Origin: Halalkalibacterium halodurans
GTDB lineage: Bacteria > Bacillota > Bacilli > Bacillales > Bacillaceae_D
Assembly: GCF_004376175.1 (NCBI RefSeq)
Contig: NZ_SNUY01000010.1
Coordinates: 12,298 to 44,297, forward strand
Reading direction: 5' to 3'
DNA: 32,000 nucleotides
Positions within the stretch are counted from its first letter, which is position 1; the number at the start of each line of letters is the position of its first letter. Both the position numbers and the translations under genes were made by a program. The notes under the pieces are model-generated. The model searched no databases. It was given only the letters and a program-made list of their open reading frames with translations, and was not told the DNA's origin. This document shows positions 1 to 7,621 of this stretch, one piece after another.

Positions 1-110
1 AAATAAGAGATTCTTTAGAATCGGTGAGTAAATGTGGTGCAGAAGGGAAACCAATTCGGTGGGCCTTTTAGGCCGAGGCCGGCAACAAAGGCTTTTAGCC
101 GAAGAGCAAA

Positions 111-136
111 CCACCAGTTCACACTGGTGGTTTTGA
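111..136. terminator. Hairpin terminator candidate, possibly bidirectional
   Basis: 8-bp stem ccaccagt/actggtgg (111-118 / 123-130) with a 4-nt loop. It is followed by TTTT on the + strand and by TTTGCTCTT on the - strand. It lies just downstream of the - strand DUF309 gene. Confidence 0.55.
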
Positions 137-190
137 TTATGAAAGAGAAAGGGTCACAGCGCTTTATATAGACCAAGAAGGTCCCATCGT

Positions 191-727
191 TCATCCACGA
201 GTCTCATTTTCTTTACGCTGCTCATCTCGCAATGTTAATTGTCTTTGACGCTCGGAAATAACTTGACTCCGGTCTCGAGTGGAGTGCTTTTCGATAAGCT
301 GTATATTCGTCAAGTCACTGTCGATACCCCAAACCCCTCCCCATTCGCGACATTTTGCTTGGGCGTACTGAAGGACATCTGGCGCTAGCGGTAGATTCAT
401 GTCGAAAAAAGGGCGTTTGCCTAATAAGTCCAGATGGTTTTGCACTAGGGCCGATAGTTTCTCTGGATCAAGGCCTAGCTCCTGTAATGGGGCATGCTCG
501 ATTGAAATGAGGCGAAGGGCGTTTTTATACATTTTTCTGGCCCCGTCTTCGTTGCCTCTCCGTTCGTGGTAGAGCCCTACAGCAATTTGGATGAGCGCCA
601 CCCAATGAGGCTTTCGCCTGCCTGGTGGGTCTTGCTTCCAACGCTCTTCTAGCACTTCATGGCATTCAAAGTAATCTCGAAATCCGTGAAAATACACAAG
701 ATATTCATGGAAGGCTTCGTCGTACAT
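191..727 (-). CDS. ypuF: DUF309 family protein (YpuF-like)
   Basis: 178-aa ORF. The N-terminal motif FHGFRDYFECHEVLEERWK fits the DUF309 signature (yfeaHE.lEe.W). Its position just upstream of and divergent from scpA matches B. subtilis ypuF as I recall it. Confidence 0.75.
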   Translation of the reverse strand: MYDEAFHEYLVYFHGFRDYFECHEVLEERWKQDPPGRRKPHWVALIQIAVGLYHERRGNEDGARKMYKNALRLISIEHAPLQELGLDPEKLSALVQNHLDLLGKRPFFDMNLPLAPDVLQYAQAKCREWGGVWGIDSDLTNIQLIEKHSTRDRSQVISERQRQLTLRDEQRKENETRG

Positions 728-834
728 AGCTATTCACTCCACTCTATCTAAAAACTCTAACAATAGTCTAACATAGGATGTAGGCATTTTACTTCTATTT
801 ACATGAAACGAAACTCCCGTTGGATGGGAAGTTA

Positions 835-843
835 TGATATAAT
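835..843 (+). promoter_or_regulatory. Candidate extended -10 promoter element for scpAB
   Basis: TGaTATAAT at 835-843, about 35 nt upstream of the scpA ATG. No good -35 hexamer is present, which is tolerated by extended -10 promoters. Confidence 0.35.
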
Positions 844-875
844 CCCACTAGTCCAACGAACTTAACGGTGATGAA

Positions 876-1658
876 ATGAATCCATACAGTGTAAAACTTG
901 ATACGTTTGAGGGGCCTCTTGATTTACTGTTACATTTAATTAATCAAGCGGAAGTAGATATTTATGATATTCCTGTGGCGTTAATTACAGAACAATATAT
1001 GGCATATATCCACACGATGCAAGAGCTTCAGCTAGATGTGGCGAGTGAATATTTGGTGATGGCCGCGACCTTGCTGCAAATCAAGAGCAAAATGTTATTG
1101 CCAAAACAGGAGGAAATTTTTGATGAGACGTTTGAGTATGAAGAGGAAGATCCGCGTGAGGAGTTAATGTTCCGGCTCATTGAGTATAGGCGCTACAAAG
1201 AAGCGGCACAAGAGCTAAAGGAAAAAGAAGGGGAGCGATCCCAAGTACATACGAGGTTACCCGACAACTTGGATGACTATTTAACAGAGGAAGAAAGACA
1301 GCGACAGTCCATTCAAGGGGTGACTCTTTTTGACATGCTTGCTGCCTATCAAAAGTTGTTGAAGCGAAGAGCGTATAGCAGACCAAGAACGAGTACGGTC
1401 AAGGTTGAAGAATATTCGATCGATGAACGGATGACGGATATTTTGATAGATTTAGAAAAGTGCAACGGGAAATGCCGGTTTCAGGATCTTTTTGTTGAAA
1501 AGGGGCGTGGCCATATGGTTGTCACATTTTTAGCAATGCTGGAATTAATGAAAACGGACGCGATCTATTGCGAGCAGAACGAAAATTTTGCCGACATTTG
1601 GATTTACCGAAGAGAGGGGAAGAATCGTGACATTGAAAGAGCTTCAAGCAGCCATTGA
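876..1658 (+). CDS. scpA: Segregation and condensation protein A (kleisin of the SMC complex)
   Basis: 260-aa ORF. The N-terminus KLDTFEGPLDLLLHLINQAEVDIYDIPVALITEQY is the conserved ScpA signature. It is followed immediately by scpB. Confidence 0.95.
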   Translation: MNPYSVKLDTFEGPLDLLLHLINQAEVDIYDIPVALITEQYMAYIHTMQELQLDVASEYLVMAATLLQIKSKMLLPKQEEIFDETFEYEEEDPREELMFRLIEYRRYKEAAQELKEKEGERSQVHTRLPDNLDDYLTEEERQRQSIQGVTLFDMLAAYQKLLKRRAYSRPRTSTVKVEEYSIDERMTDILIDLEKCNGKCRFQDLFVEKGRGHMVVTFLAMLELMKTDAIYCEQNENFADIWIYRREGKNRDIERASSSH

Positions 1659-2220
1659 GGGGATCTTGTTCGTGCGGGGAGATGAGGGCGTGACGCTCGA
1701 GGAGCTTTGCGATTTGCTTGAATTAAGCACAGATGTCGTCTATGCAGCACTTGAGGAACTGCGCCTTTCCTATACGGATGAGGCGCGCGGCCTCCGAATT
1801 GAAGAGGTGGCCCATGCCTTTCGTCTTTCAACAAAACCTGAATTGGCTCCTTATTTTAAGAAGCTAGCGTTATCAACATTGCAGTCAGGGTTGTCCCAAG
1901 CCGCATTAGAAACGTTAGCGATTATCGCCTACAGGCAACCGATTACGCGAATCGAGGTTGATGAGGTCCGTGGGGTGAAATCGGAGAAAGCGATCCAAAC
2001 GTTAACGTCTCGATTACTCATCAAAGAAGTCGGGCGGGCACAAGGAACGGGGCGGCCGATTTTGTACGGGACAACACCTCAATTTCTTGATCATTTCGGC
2101 TTAAAGTCATTGAAAGAACTACCGCCATTACCAGAAGATATTGATGAATCCTCCATAGGAGAGGAAGCCGATTTGTTTTTTCAACAAATGGAACAAGGAA
2201 GCTTGTTTCAAGAAGAATAA
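1627..2220 (+). CDS. scpB: Segregation and condensation protein B
   Basis: ORF 1588-2220. The region LKELQAAIEGILFVRGDEGVTLEEL and IAYRQPITRIEVDEVRGV match ScpB winged-helix domains. I prefer the GTG at 1627, which is preceded by the RBS agagggga. The ATG at 1588 is an alternative start. The gene overlaps the scpA 3' end. Confidence 0.9.
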   Translation: MTLKELQAAIEGILFVRGDEGVTLEELCDLLELSTDVVYAALEELRLSYTDEARGLRIEEVAHAFRLSTKPELAPYFKKLALSTLQSGLSQAALETLAIIAYRQPITRIEVDEVRGVKSEKAIQTLTSRLLIKEVGRAQGTGRPILYGTTPQFLDHFGLKSLKELPPLPEDIDESSIGEEADLFFQQMEQGSLFQEE

Positions 2221-2224
2221 AAAG

Positions 2225-2279
2225 AAAAGCTGTGCTAAAGTCGAAACGAAGCGAATCCAGCGACTTAGCACAGCTTTTT
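2225..2279. terminator. Bidirectional rho-independent terminator between convergent scpB and the DUF2935-like gene
   Basis: Long imperfect stem aaaagctgtgctaaagtcg / cgacttagcacagctttt, with an A-run upstream and a T-run downstream. Confidence 0.8.
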
Positions 2280-2293
2280 GAATGTTGGTCCAT

Positions 2294-3100
2294 CTATGTT
2301 TTCGTACGCGGCTTTGTCGGATCACAGTCTGGTGGGTGGAGCTCTGTCACTTCCGCTAGCTTCATCAAGTAGTAGCATTCTTCGCGAAACATGTGATCCG
2401 CCATTAAAGCATCCAATGTTCCAAGCAAGCGATTGGATAGCTCCATCTCTTCAAGTTCATCTAAAAAGGTCTGAAATAGAACGATTTCTAGTTGGACATC
2501 CTCGTTAAAGCGTTGTAGGGCAGGGAATTGCTCAACGTTCGCTCGTAAATAACCGGCCATTTCCACCGCTTTAATATAATATTGTTCAAACCTTACCGTA
2601 AATTCATCACTTTTTTCCTTTAACTTTTTTTCGGTTAAGTCCATCGAATTGGAAAGGCCACCTGCGTGTCCAGCAGCATCCAATAGCCAAACTAAGTGGT
2701 GATGAAGGGGATGTGTTTTAGGCGGGATTTGTTGATTTTCTAAGTATGGCAATAGACGTAAATATTCCTCTACTTCGTTCACCATATGGTTTAAAAATGT
2801 CGGGGACAGCTCGATCGTAATTTGGTTGACTAAATGCTCACGAATGAGCTGAAGCTTAAACGATCGAATCGCTCCCGCTTGCTCGTGGGCAGATGTCGTT
2901 AGTTGAAACAGCCTTTCTCCCGTTAGAGGCTGCTTGCTCTCTTCAAGCAAACGATCGAAGATATCAATAAACATTTGCGCCCGCTCGATATGATCTTCCT
3001 CTTTCACCGAAAGAGAATCGCGAATGAACCTAGCATGATCGCCCAATACTTGTAACCAGAAGCGGTGCTCAAACAAAGCAACCTTCTCATACCCTTGCAT
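2294..3100 (-). CDS. DUF2935-like two-repeat helical protein
   Basis: 268-aa ORF with two internal repeats, each opening with a similar motif (FEHRFWLQVLGDHARFI and HHHLVWLLDAAGHAGGL). This resembles the Firmicutes DUF2935 family (FW..im.EHa.Fi). The family assignment is from memory. Confidence 0.65.
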   Translation of the reverse strand: MQGYEKVALFEHRFWLQVLGDHARFIRDSLSVKEEDHIERAQMFIDIFDRLLEESKQPLTGERLFQLTTSAHEQAGAIRSFKLQLIREHLVNQITIELSPTFLNHMVNEVEEYLRLLPYLENQQIPPKTHPLHHHLVWLLDAAGHAGGLSNSMDLTEKKLKEKSDEFTVRFEQYYIKAVEMAGYLRANVEQFPALQRFNEDVQLEIVLFQTFLDELEEMELSNRLLGTLDALMADHMFREECYYLMKLAEVTELHPPDCDPTKPRTKT

Positions 3101-3226
3101 ACATATGACCTCCTTTTTCTCGATTCAACGTATGAGGGAAAAGTCGAAACTATGAACCTTTTTTTCATAGGCCAAGACCTAACCACATATGGTGACATGA
3201 ATGGAAGAAAAAAGGGAGGTTCTTCA

Positions 3227-4108
3227 ATGAGCATAGAATGGGGGCAGCTACATGCATGGGTAAACCGTGTAGAGGAGGCGTGGAATCAAAACAAGGCGTT
3301 GCTCCGATCAGAAAGTGTAGACACCTTTTTATTTGAAGAAACGTTAGAACGATTGAAGGAACAACTACAAAATGATGGGGAGCCAACGGAAATTGGGGAG
3401 TTAGCGGAGCACCTGTATGAGGAGTGGGCAAGGCTTTTTAGCGAACAGACAGAGGCAGGAGGAAGTAACGGTATGCGGCGACCTGTGCCGATTGGCGGGC
3501 ACCGGCTGCCACCATTACCGTATCCGTATGAAGCATTGGAGCCTTATATTGACCGAGAAATTATGCGGTTGCACCATCAGAAGCATCACCAGAGCTATGT
3601 CGATGGACTAAATAAAGCCGAGAAGGAAATGGAGAGAGCGAGACGGACGAATCATTTTCAGCTGATCAAGCATTGGGAACGGGAGGCCGCTTTTAATGGA
3701 GCGGGTCATTATTTGCATTCGATTTTTTGGGAGGTGATGTCTCCTCACGGGGGCGGGGAACCGAAGGGAGAATTGCGTCGACAAATCGAACGGGATTTCG
3801 GTAGCTTTGCCCGGTTTAAAAATCATTTTTCCCAAGCGGCTGAAAAAGTAGAGGGAGTCGGATGGGCGATTCTCGTTTGGGCACCTCGTGCTCATCGACT
3901 GGAAATTTTGCAGGCGGAGTTTCATCAAAACTTGTCACAACAAGATGCCATCCCGCTTCTCCCTCTGGATGTGTGGGAACATGCGTACTATTTACAATAT
4001 AAAAATGAGCGAAAAGACTACATTGAAAATTGGTGGAATGTCGTCAACTGGGATGCTGTTGAAAAACGATACAACGCAGCTAAACAGTTACGCTGGATCC
4101 CATATTAA
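3227..4108 (+). CDS. sodF: Fe/Mn superoxide dismutase with an ~90-aa N-terminal extension (SodF-like)
   Basis: The SOD core runs from LPPLPYPYEALEPYIDREIMRLHHQKHH through FNGAGHYLHSIFW to DVWEHAYYLQYKNERKDYI, and all four metal-ligand positions are present. The start is placed at ATG 3227, behind the RBS aaagggagg. The longer ORF from 3065 lacks an RBS and would overlap the divergent gene. Confidence 0.9.
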   Translation: MSIEWGQLHAWVNRVEEAWNQNKALLRSESVDTFLFEETLERLKEQLQNDGEPTEIGELAEHLYEEWARLFSEQTEAGGSNGMRRPVPIGGHRLPPLPYPYEALEPYIDREIMRLHHQKHHQSYVDGLNKAEKEMERARRTNHFQLIKHWEREAAFNGAGHYLHSIFWEVMSPHGGGEPKGELRRQIERDFGSFARFKNHFSQAAEKVEGVGWAILVWAPRAHRLEILQAEFHQNLSQQDAIPLLPLDVWEHAYYLQYKNERKDYIENWWNVVNWDAVEKRYNAAKQLRWIPY

Positions 4109-5685
4109 TTTTCTTCTGTCATGAGTCTGATAATAAAATCTTTCAGATCGACCATTCGCAGGTGAGCTGGCGCCTTGTCTGTTCCTGCGATAATCATCGC
4201 GGCTTTCGTATCCTCTTCATGAATCCCTCCGTGCTCCCCTCCACCGATGTGGGCGGGAGCTCCTTCCGATTCAAAAATATAACCTGGCTTCGCCGTTAAC
4301 ACAAGAGTAGATGTATGGCTGTCTAACGCATGGAAGAGTTGGTTAAAGAGGTCTGGGTTTTCGCCGTACATAATCCGCTTGCAGTCATGATCGAAAAATA
4401 CATCACCAATTTGTTCATTCCCCTCAATAGTCCACGTCTGTCCATACGGATCAATCCAAGAACCTCCCTTCTTAACCTTGAGCGGTTCCTTATGTTCAGG
4501 AGCTTTAATCACAAGCTCGTCGTCTTCTAAATAAGCAGCAAATTGAATTCGTAGATCCTCAAGGGCTTCGTTTGCGAGTGTATCAAAGGAATGTGCAGGT
4601 TGAAACGAATAGACGTAAACCATTCGATGGTTGTTCGCAATCACAATTTCACCGTCACTAGGAGCGTCCATTAAGGAGGCAATCTCATACTCCTCATAAA
4701 GGGTAGGAAGAGGTATGATGGCATCGCTTGCTGTAGAAGCAATTTGCGACTGTCCATGGTCGCCAATGACGATAAAAATGTTTTCTTCCAAAGCTTGCTC
4801 CCAGCTATCATAGCTATTTAAAATGTCTTGGAACGCATGATCGACTTTTTCAAAATCTTCAAGGTTCAATTGCCCATGGTCGTGAGTGGCTTGGTCAAAG
4901 TCCGGCATGAACAAAAACAAAAACTGAGGCTGTTCGTTTTTTTCAATCAGTGTACGAACGACCGCTGTACCGTAGGAATCGTTGAGCCCGTAAAGGTCGA
5001 GAAAGTGATCATCATCCAGCTCTTTAGCTTGAATGACATTCGGTTCGATGATCGTTCCAAAGGATAACAAGTCAGGTCCTTTCGTTTCAAATGGCTGTCC
5101 TTGCATCCATGTGTCAAATGGCTCAGGCAAATTCACTTTATGAGAAGTATTCCCCCTGTAAACAAGGGCATTTACGGAACCAGTTGACATTTGACTATCC
5201 TGCAAGATTTCATGGATTGTCGGTACATCTTTACTCAAATGACGGTTGTTCAAGTTGCTTAGGTCGTCAAAAAGGACTCGATTTAATCCTAATTTCATAT
5301 AGGTTTCTGGTGTAGAGCCATAATCGACGAGACGATCTTCCTCCGCATGATACCAAACAAGTCCTGGAACCTTATGTTCATCTGGCAGTGATCCTGTAAT
5401 AAGTGTGCTCTCAATGACAACCGACATGGAAGGGAACGGGGCAATCAGTTCGTCAAAATATGTACCGTTCTCCATTAAAAACGATAACCCTGGAATGATG
5501 CCTTCTTCTTTGGCAGCATCTAAAAGGTCTGCCGTCATCGAATCGATCATCACCATGATCACCGACTTTTCTGTTGACTGTGCAAAATCTTTTCCTTGAA
5601 TTGAGGCTCCCTGCGGCTCTCGATTTTGGCAGCTTGTGACGATAAACAAACAACAGATACCAATCAAACACACTCTCCTTATCAT
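4105..5685 (-). CDS. Lipoprotein of the alkaline-phosphatase superfamily (type I phosphodiesterase / nucleotide pyrophosphatase-like)
   Basis: 526-aa ORF. It has a signal peptide with the lipobox IVTSC. VIMVMIDSMTADLL, FPSMSVVIESTLITGSLPDEH and VIGDHGQS match the metal-binding and nucleophile motifs of the family. The RBS aaaggag lies upstream. Confidence 0.85.
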   Translation of the reverse strand: MIRRVCLIGICCLFIVTSCQNREPQGASIQGKDFAQSTEKSVIMVMIDSMTADLLDAAKEEGIIPGLSFLMENGTYFDELIAPFPSMSVVIESTLITGSLPDEHKVPGLVWYHAEEDRLVDYGSTPETYMKLGLNRVLFDDLSNLNNRHLSKDVPTIHEILQDSQMSTGSVNALVYRGNTSHKVNLPEPFDTWMQGQPFETKGPDLLSFGTIIEPNVIQAKELDDDHFLDLYGLNDSYGTAVVRTLIEKNEQPQFLFLFMPDFDQATHDHGQLNLEDFEKVDHAFQDILNSYDSWEQALEENIFIVIGDHGQSQIASTASDAIIPLPTLYEEYEIASLMDAPSDGEIVIANNHRMVYVYSFQPAHSFDTLANEALEDLRIQFAAYLEDDELVIKAPEHKEPLKVKKGGSWIDPYGQTWTIEGNEQIGDVFFDHDCKRIMYGENPDLFNQLFHALDSHTSTLVLTAKPGYIFESEGAPAHIGGGEHGGIHEEDTKAAMIIAGTDKAPAHLRMVDLKDFIIRLMTEEN

Positions 5686-5712
5686 GCTGGGCCACTCCTT
5701 TCTCTTCGTTCC

Positions 5713-6378
5713 TTAATAGGTTTGAATCTCCCATCCGTCTTCCGAAAGATATTCTGCATAAAGCACCGATTTATAGTTAGAAATACCTTGCTTGCGTAAA
5801 GAGTCGTTAAACGCCTCTTTTGTCATTCCCGCTTTTTCTAGGTTCTGTTCGTTTAACACACCATCGGCTACAACGACAATAGGTAATGTTTTGTAGGTTA
5901 ACTGACCATTTGTCGTTTGGTAGCCTTGTTTTTTCACAACGCTAATGGAACCGTTCGGCTCAAGAATACCGTAGTGAACCTCCCGAATTGAAAACACCTC
6001 TTTTTCTCTAAGCAGCATCGCAAGTTGATCAATATCTAGCTTGCTACGTTTCAACTCGTGATACATGATCTTCCCATCGTTAATAATCAGTTTTGGTGAT
6101 CCTTCTAAAAAAGGCCTTGTAATCGGAAACTTTTGTGTGATGATTTCGACTGTATAGATGAGCAAACCCCAGGCACTAATGGCATAAAGGACATAAAGGA
6201 TGCCGATATCTTTGTCGTAAATGGCATTTCCTAGGAGCTCACCTAAGACGAGAGCTGAGATGAAATCAAAAGGGGTGAGTTGGTTAATCTGACTTTTTCC
6301 AAGCACTTTCATTAAAACAAGAAGAGCCCAAAAGCCAACGAAAAGCTCAACGGACAACGCTACAAAATTGGTGTTCAC
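5713..6378 (-). CDS. DUF421 (YetF/YdfS-like) membrane protein
   Basis: 221-aa ORF with a GTG start behind the RBS gaggggtga. It has N-terminal TM helices including the LTPFDFI motif, then the soluble region PKLIINDGKI...LREKEVFSIREVHYGILEPNGSISV that is typical of DUF421. It sits 27 nt upstream of the phosphodiesterase gene on the same strand. Confidence 0.85.
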   Translation of the reverse strand: MNTNFVALSVELFVGFWALLVLMKVLGKSQINQLTPFDFISALVLGELLGNAIYDKDIGILYVLYAISAWGLLIYTVEIITQKFPITRPFLEGSPKLIINDGKIMYHELKRSKLDIDQLAMLLREKEVFSIREVHYGILEPNGSISVVKKQGYQTTNGQLTYKTLPIVVVADGVLNEQNLEKAGMTKEAFNDSLRKQGISNYKSVLYAEYLSEDGWEIQTY

Positions 6379-6494
6379 GATCTCACCCCTCTAAGGTGTT
6401 ATGGTCAAAATGACCACGGTGTCATCAAACACCGTGGCTAATCTCTTTTAATGGAAATATGAGCGTGATTTAGTGTGCACTGCTTTACGTCGTT

Positions 6495-7004
6495 TTATGA
6501 GGAAGAGTTGAGATTAGAAAGAAGCTCATCGAAGATAGGGAGAATGTTTTTAGAGGCGATGACCATTTGGCCATATTCAGAATTAGGGAGATGGGGTGCT
6601 CCTCGAAACACAGATTTTATCTTACCTTTTTCTGTTAGCCAATGTTTTCTTAGGTAGGTCTCATAATGCTGCCAAAATGTTTGGATCGTGTGGACCTCTT
6701 CCTCAGTAAAAAGAAGACGAAGCTTTTTTATCGAGAACGGTAGCGCCCGTTGTGTCCGTTCAAGCGCGCGACGATGGAGCGCTTGCTCTTGCTTAGCGAC
6801 AGCTGAGCGAATTTCGTACATTAAGGTCATCACATAAGCAGCTTCCTCTTGATATAGACGATGCTGGGCAAGGTCAGCCTCTTTTTCTTCAATGAGTTTT
6901 GCTTTTTGGAGAGCGATCGTCAATCGGCGTACTTTCCACATGAGAAGGAAAATGATCAGTATTTGTCCTGCACATAGCATTAGTAGAAAATAGAACATTT
7001 CCAT
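6495..7004 (-). CDS. Hypothetical membrane-anchored protein
   Basis: 169/170-aa ORF (ATG 7004 or TTG 7007). It has one N-terminal TM helix (FYFLLMLCAGQILIIFLLMW), then a charged, helix-prone segment and a W/H/Y-rich C-terminal part. I recognise no family. The hairpin ccacggtgt/acaccgtgg (6436-6459) lies downstream. Confidence 0.55.
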   Translation of the reverse strand: MEMFYFLLMLCAGQILIIFLLMWKVRRLTIALQKAKLIEEKEADLAQHRLYQEEAAYVMTLMYEIRSAVAKQEQALHRRALERTQRALPFSIKKLRLLFTEEEVHTIQTFWQHYETYLRKHWLTEKGKIKSVFRGAPHLPNSEYGQMVIASKNILPIFDELLSNLNSSS

Positions 7005-7166
7005 CAACTCTTTCCATGTATTCTCCTTCTATCATATCAAGCTCTTTTGTTTTACATATATTTCAAGTAATAATCCGTTCATTTCCATTCATCCTAAATG
7101 TGAAACGAATAGATACAAAATATTGTGTGTAGAAACTGAGTTCAATGAATGATGGGGGTGAACAAA

Positions 7167-7601
7167 GTGAGAGTTAAACAATTGATGATCCTAACATGCC
7201 TCTGTGTGATCATTACCGGACTAGTTGCTTGCGGTCAAAGAGATCAAGTTCGACCAATGATGGTTGGGCATGATGCTGTTGCGGATCAAACTAATGCTGA
7301 TCAGGCAAAGCAGGTGATTGCATCGATGGAAGAAGTAGTTAATGTAAAAGGTGTGTCTTTGGAGGACAAAATTTACGTAGCGCCACAGGTAAGGCACCGT
7401 TCCCGTTTTAATCTAGAAGGCATTCGGAAAGAAGGTTTTGAGCGGATTAAAAAACGTCACCCAGACGCAACCGTTTACTTTTCAACGGATAAAAAGATTT
7501 ACATGGAGCTTGAAAAACTAGAGCAGCAGCTGCAAAAGCGAACGATTAGTAAAGGCCGTCTAAAAAAACGACTTGGAGAGCTTGAGGAATTAATGAAATG
7601 A
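7167..7601 (+). CDS. YhcN/YlaJ-family sporulation lipoprotein
   Basis: Signal peptide with the lipobox LVAC. The body (ADQAKQVIASMEEVVNVKGVSLEDKIYVAPQV ... ATVYFSTDKKIY) fits the Spore_YhcN_YlaJ pattern. I prefer the GTG at 7167 behind the RBS gggggtg, with ATG 7149 as an alternative. The stop lies 20 nt before the spoVAC ATG. Confidence 0.75.
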   Translation: MRVKQLMILTCLCVIITGLVACGQRDQVRPMMVGHDAVADQTNADQAKQVIASMEEVVNVKGVSLEDKIYVAPQVRHRSRFNLEGIRKEGFERIKKRHPDATVYFSTDKKIYMELEKLEQQLQKRTISKGRLKKRLGELEELMK

Positions 7602-7621
7602 TAAAAGGAGGAAATGTACGA

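Noticed and set aside
2278-2508. 76-aa + strand ORF, plus several other 60-110-aa ORFs in the track (e.g. 1177-1386, 3608-3928, 7789-8067, 15305-15496, 25034-25339, 27517-27816, 28265-28597, 30303-30545)
   Set aside because: All are embedded in or antisense to long ORFs with clear family signatures. None has a convincing RBS or recognisable motifs.
3065-3226. Upstream extension of the SOD ORF (347-aa version starting at 3065)
   Set aside because: It would begin inside the divergent DUF2935-like gene, crosses the shared promoter region and lacks an RBS. The ATG at 3227 has a strong RBS (aaagggagg).
7101-7126. TGAAAC motifs resembling sigma-W -35 boxes (7101-7106 upstream of the spoVA2-type operon, and also 804-809 upstream of scpA)
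   Set aside because: The position 16 nt downstream does not carry the required CGTA -10 element (it reads TTGT and GGGA respectively).
7008-7148. Attempt to call a sigma-G/sigma-F promoter for the lipoprotein-spoVA operon
   Set aside because: Partial matches exist (CATCCTA, CAAAATA as -10-like elements), but none has a properly spaced GnATA-type -35. The evidence is too weak to report as a feature.
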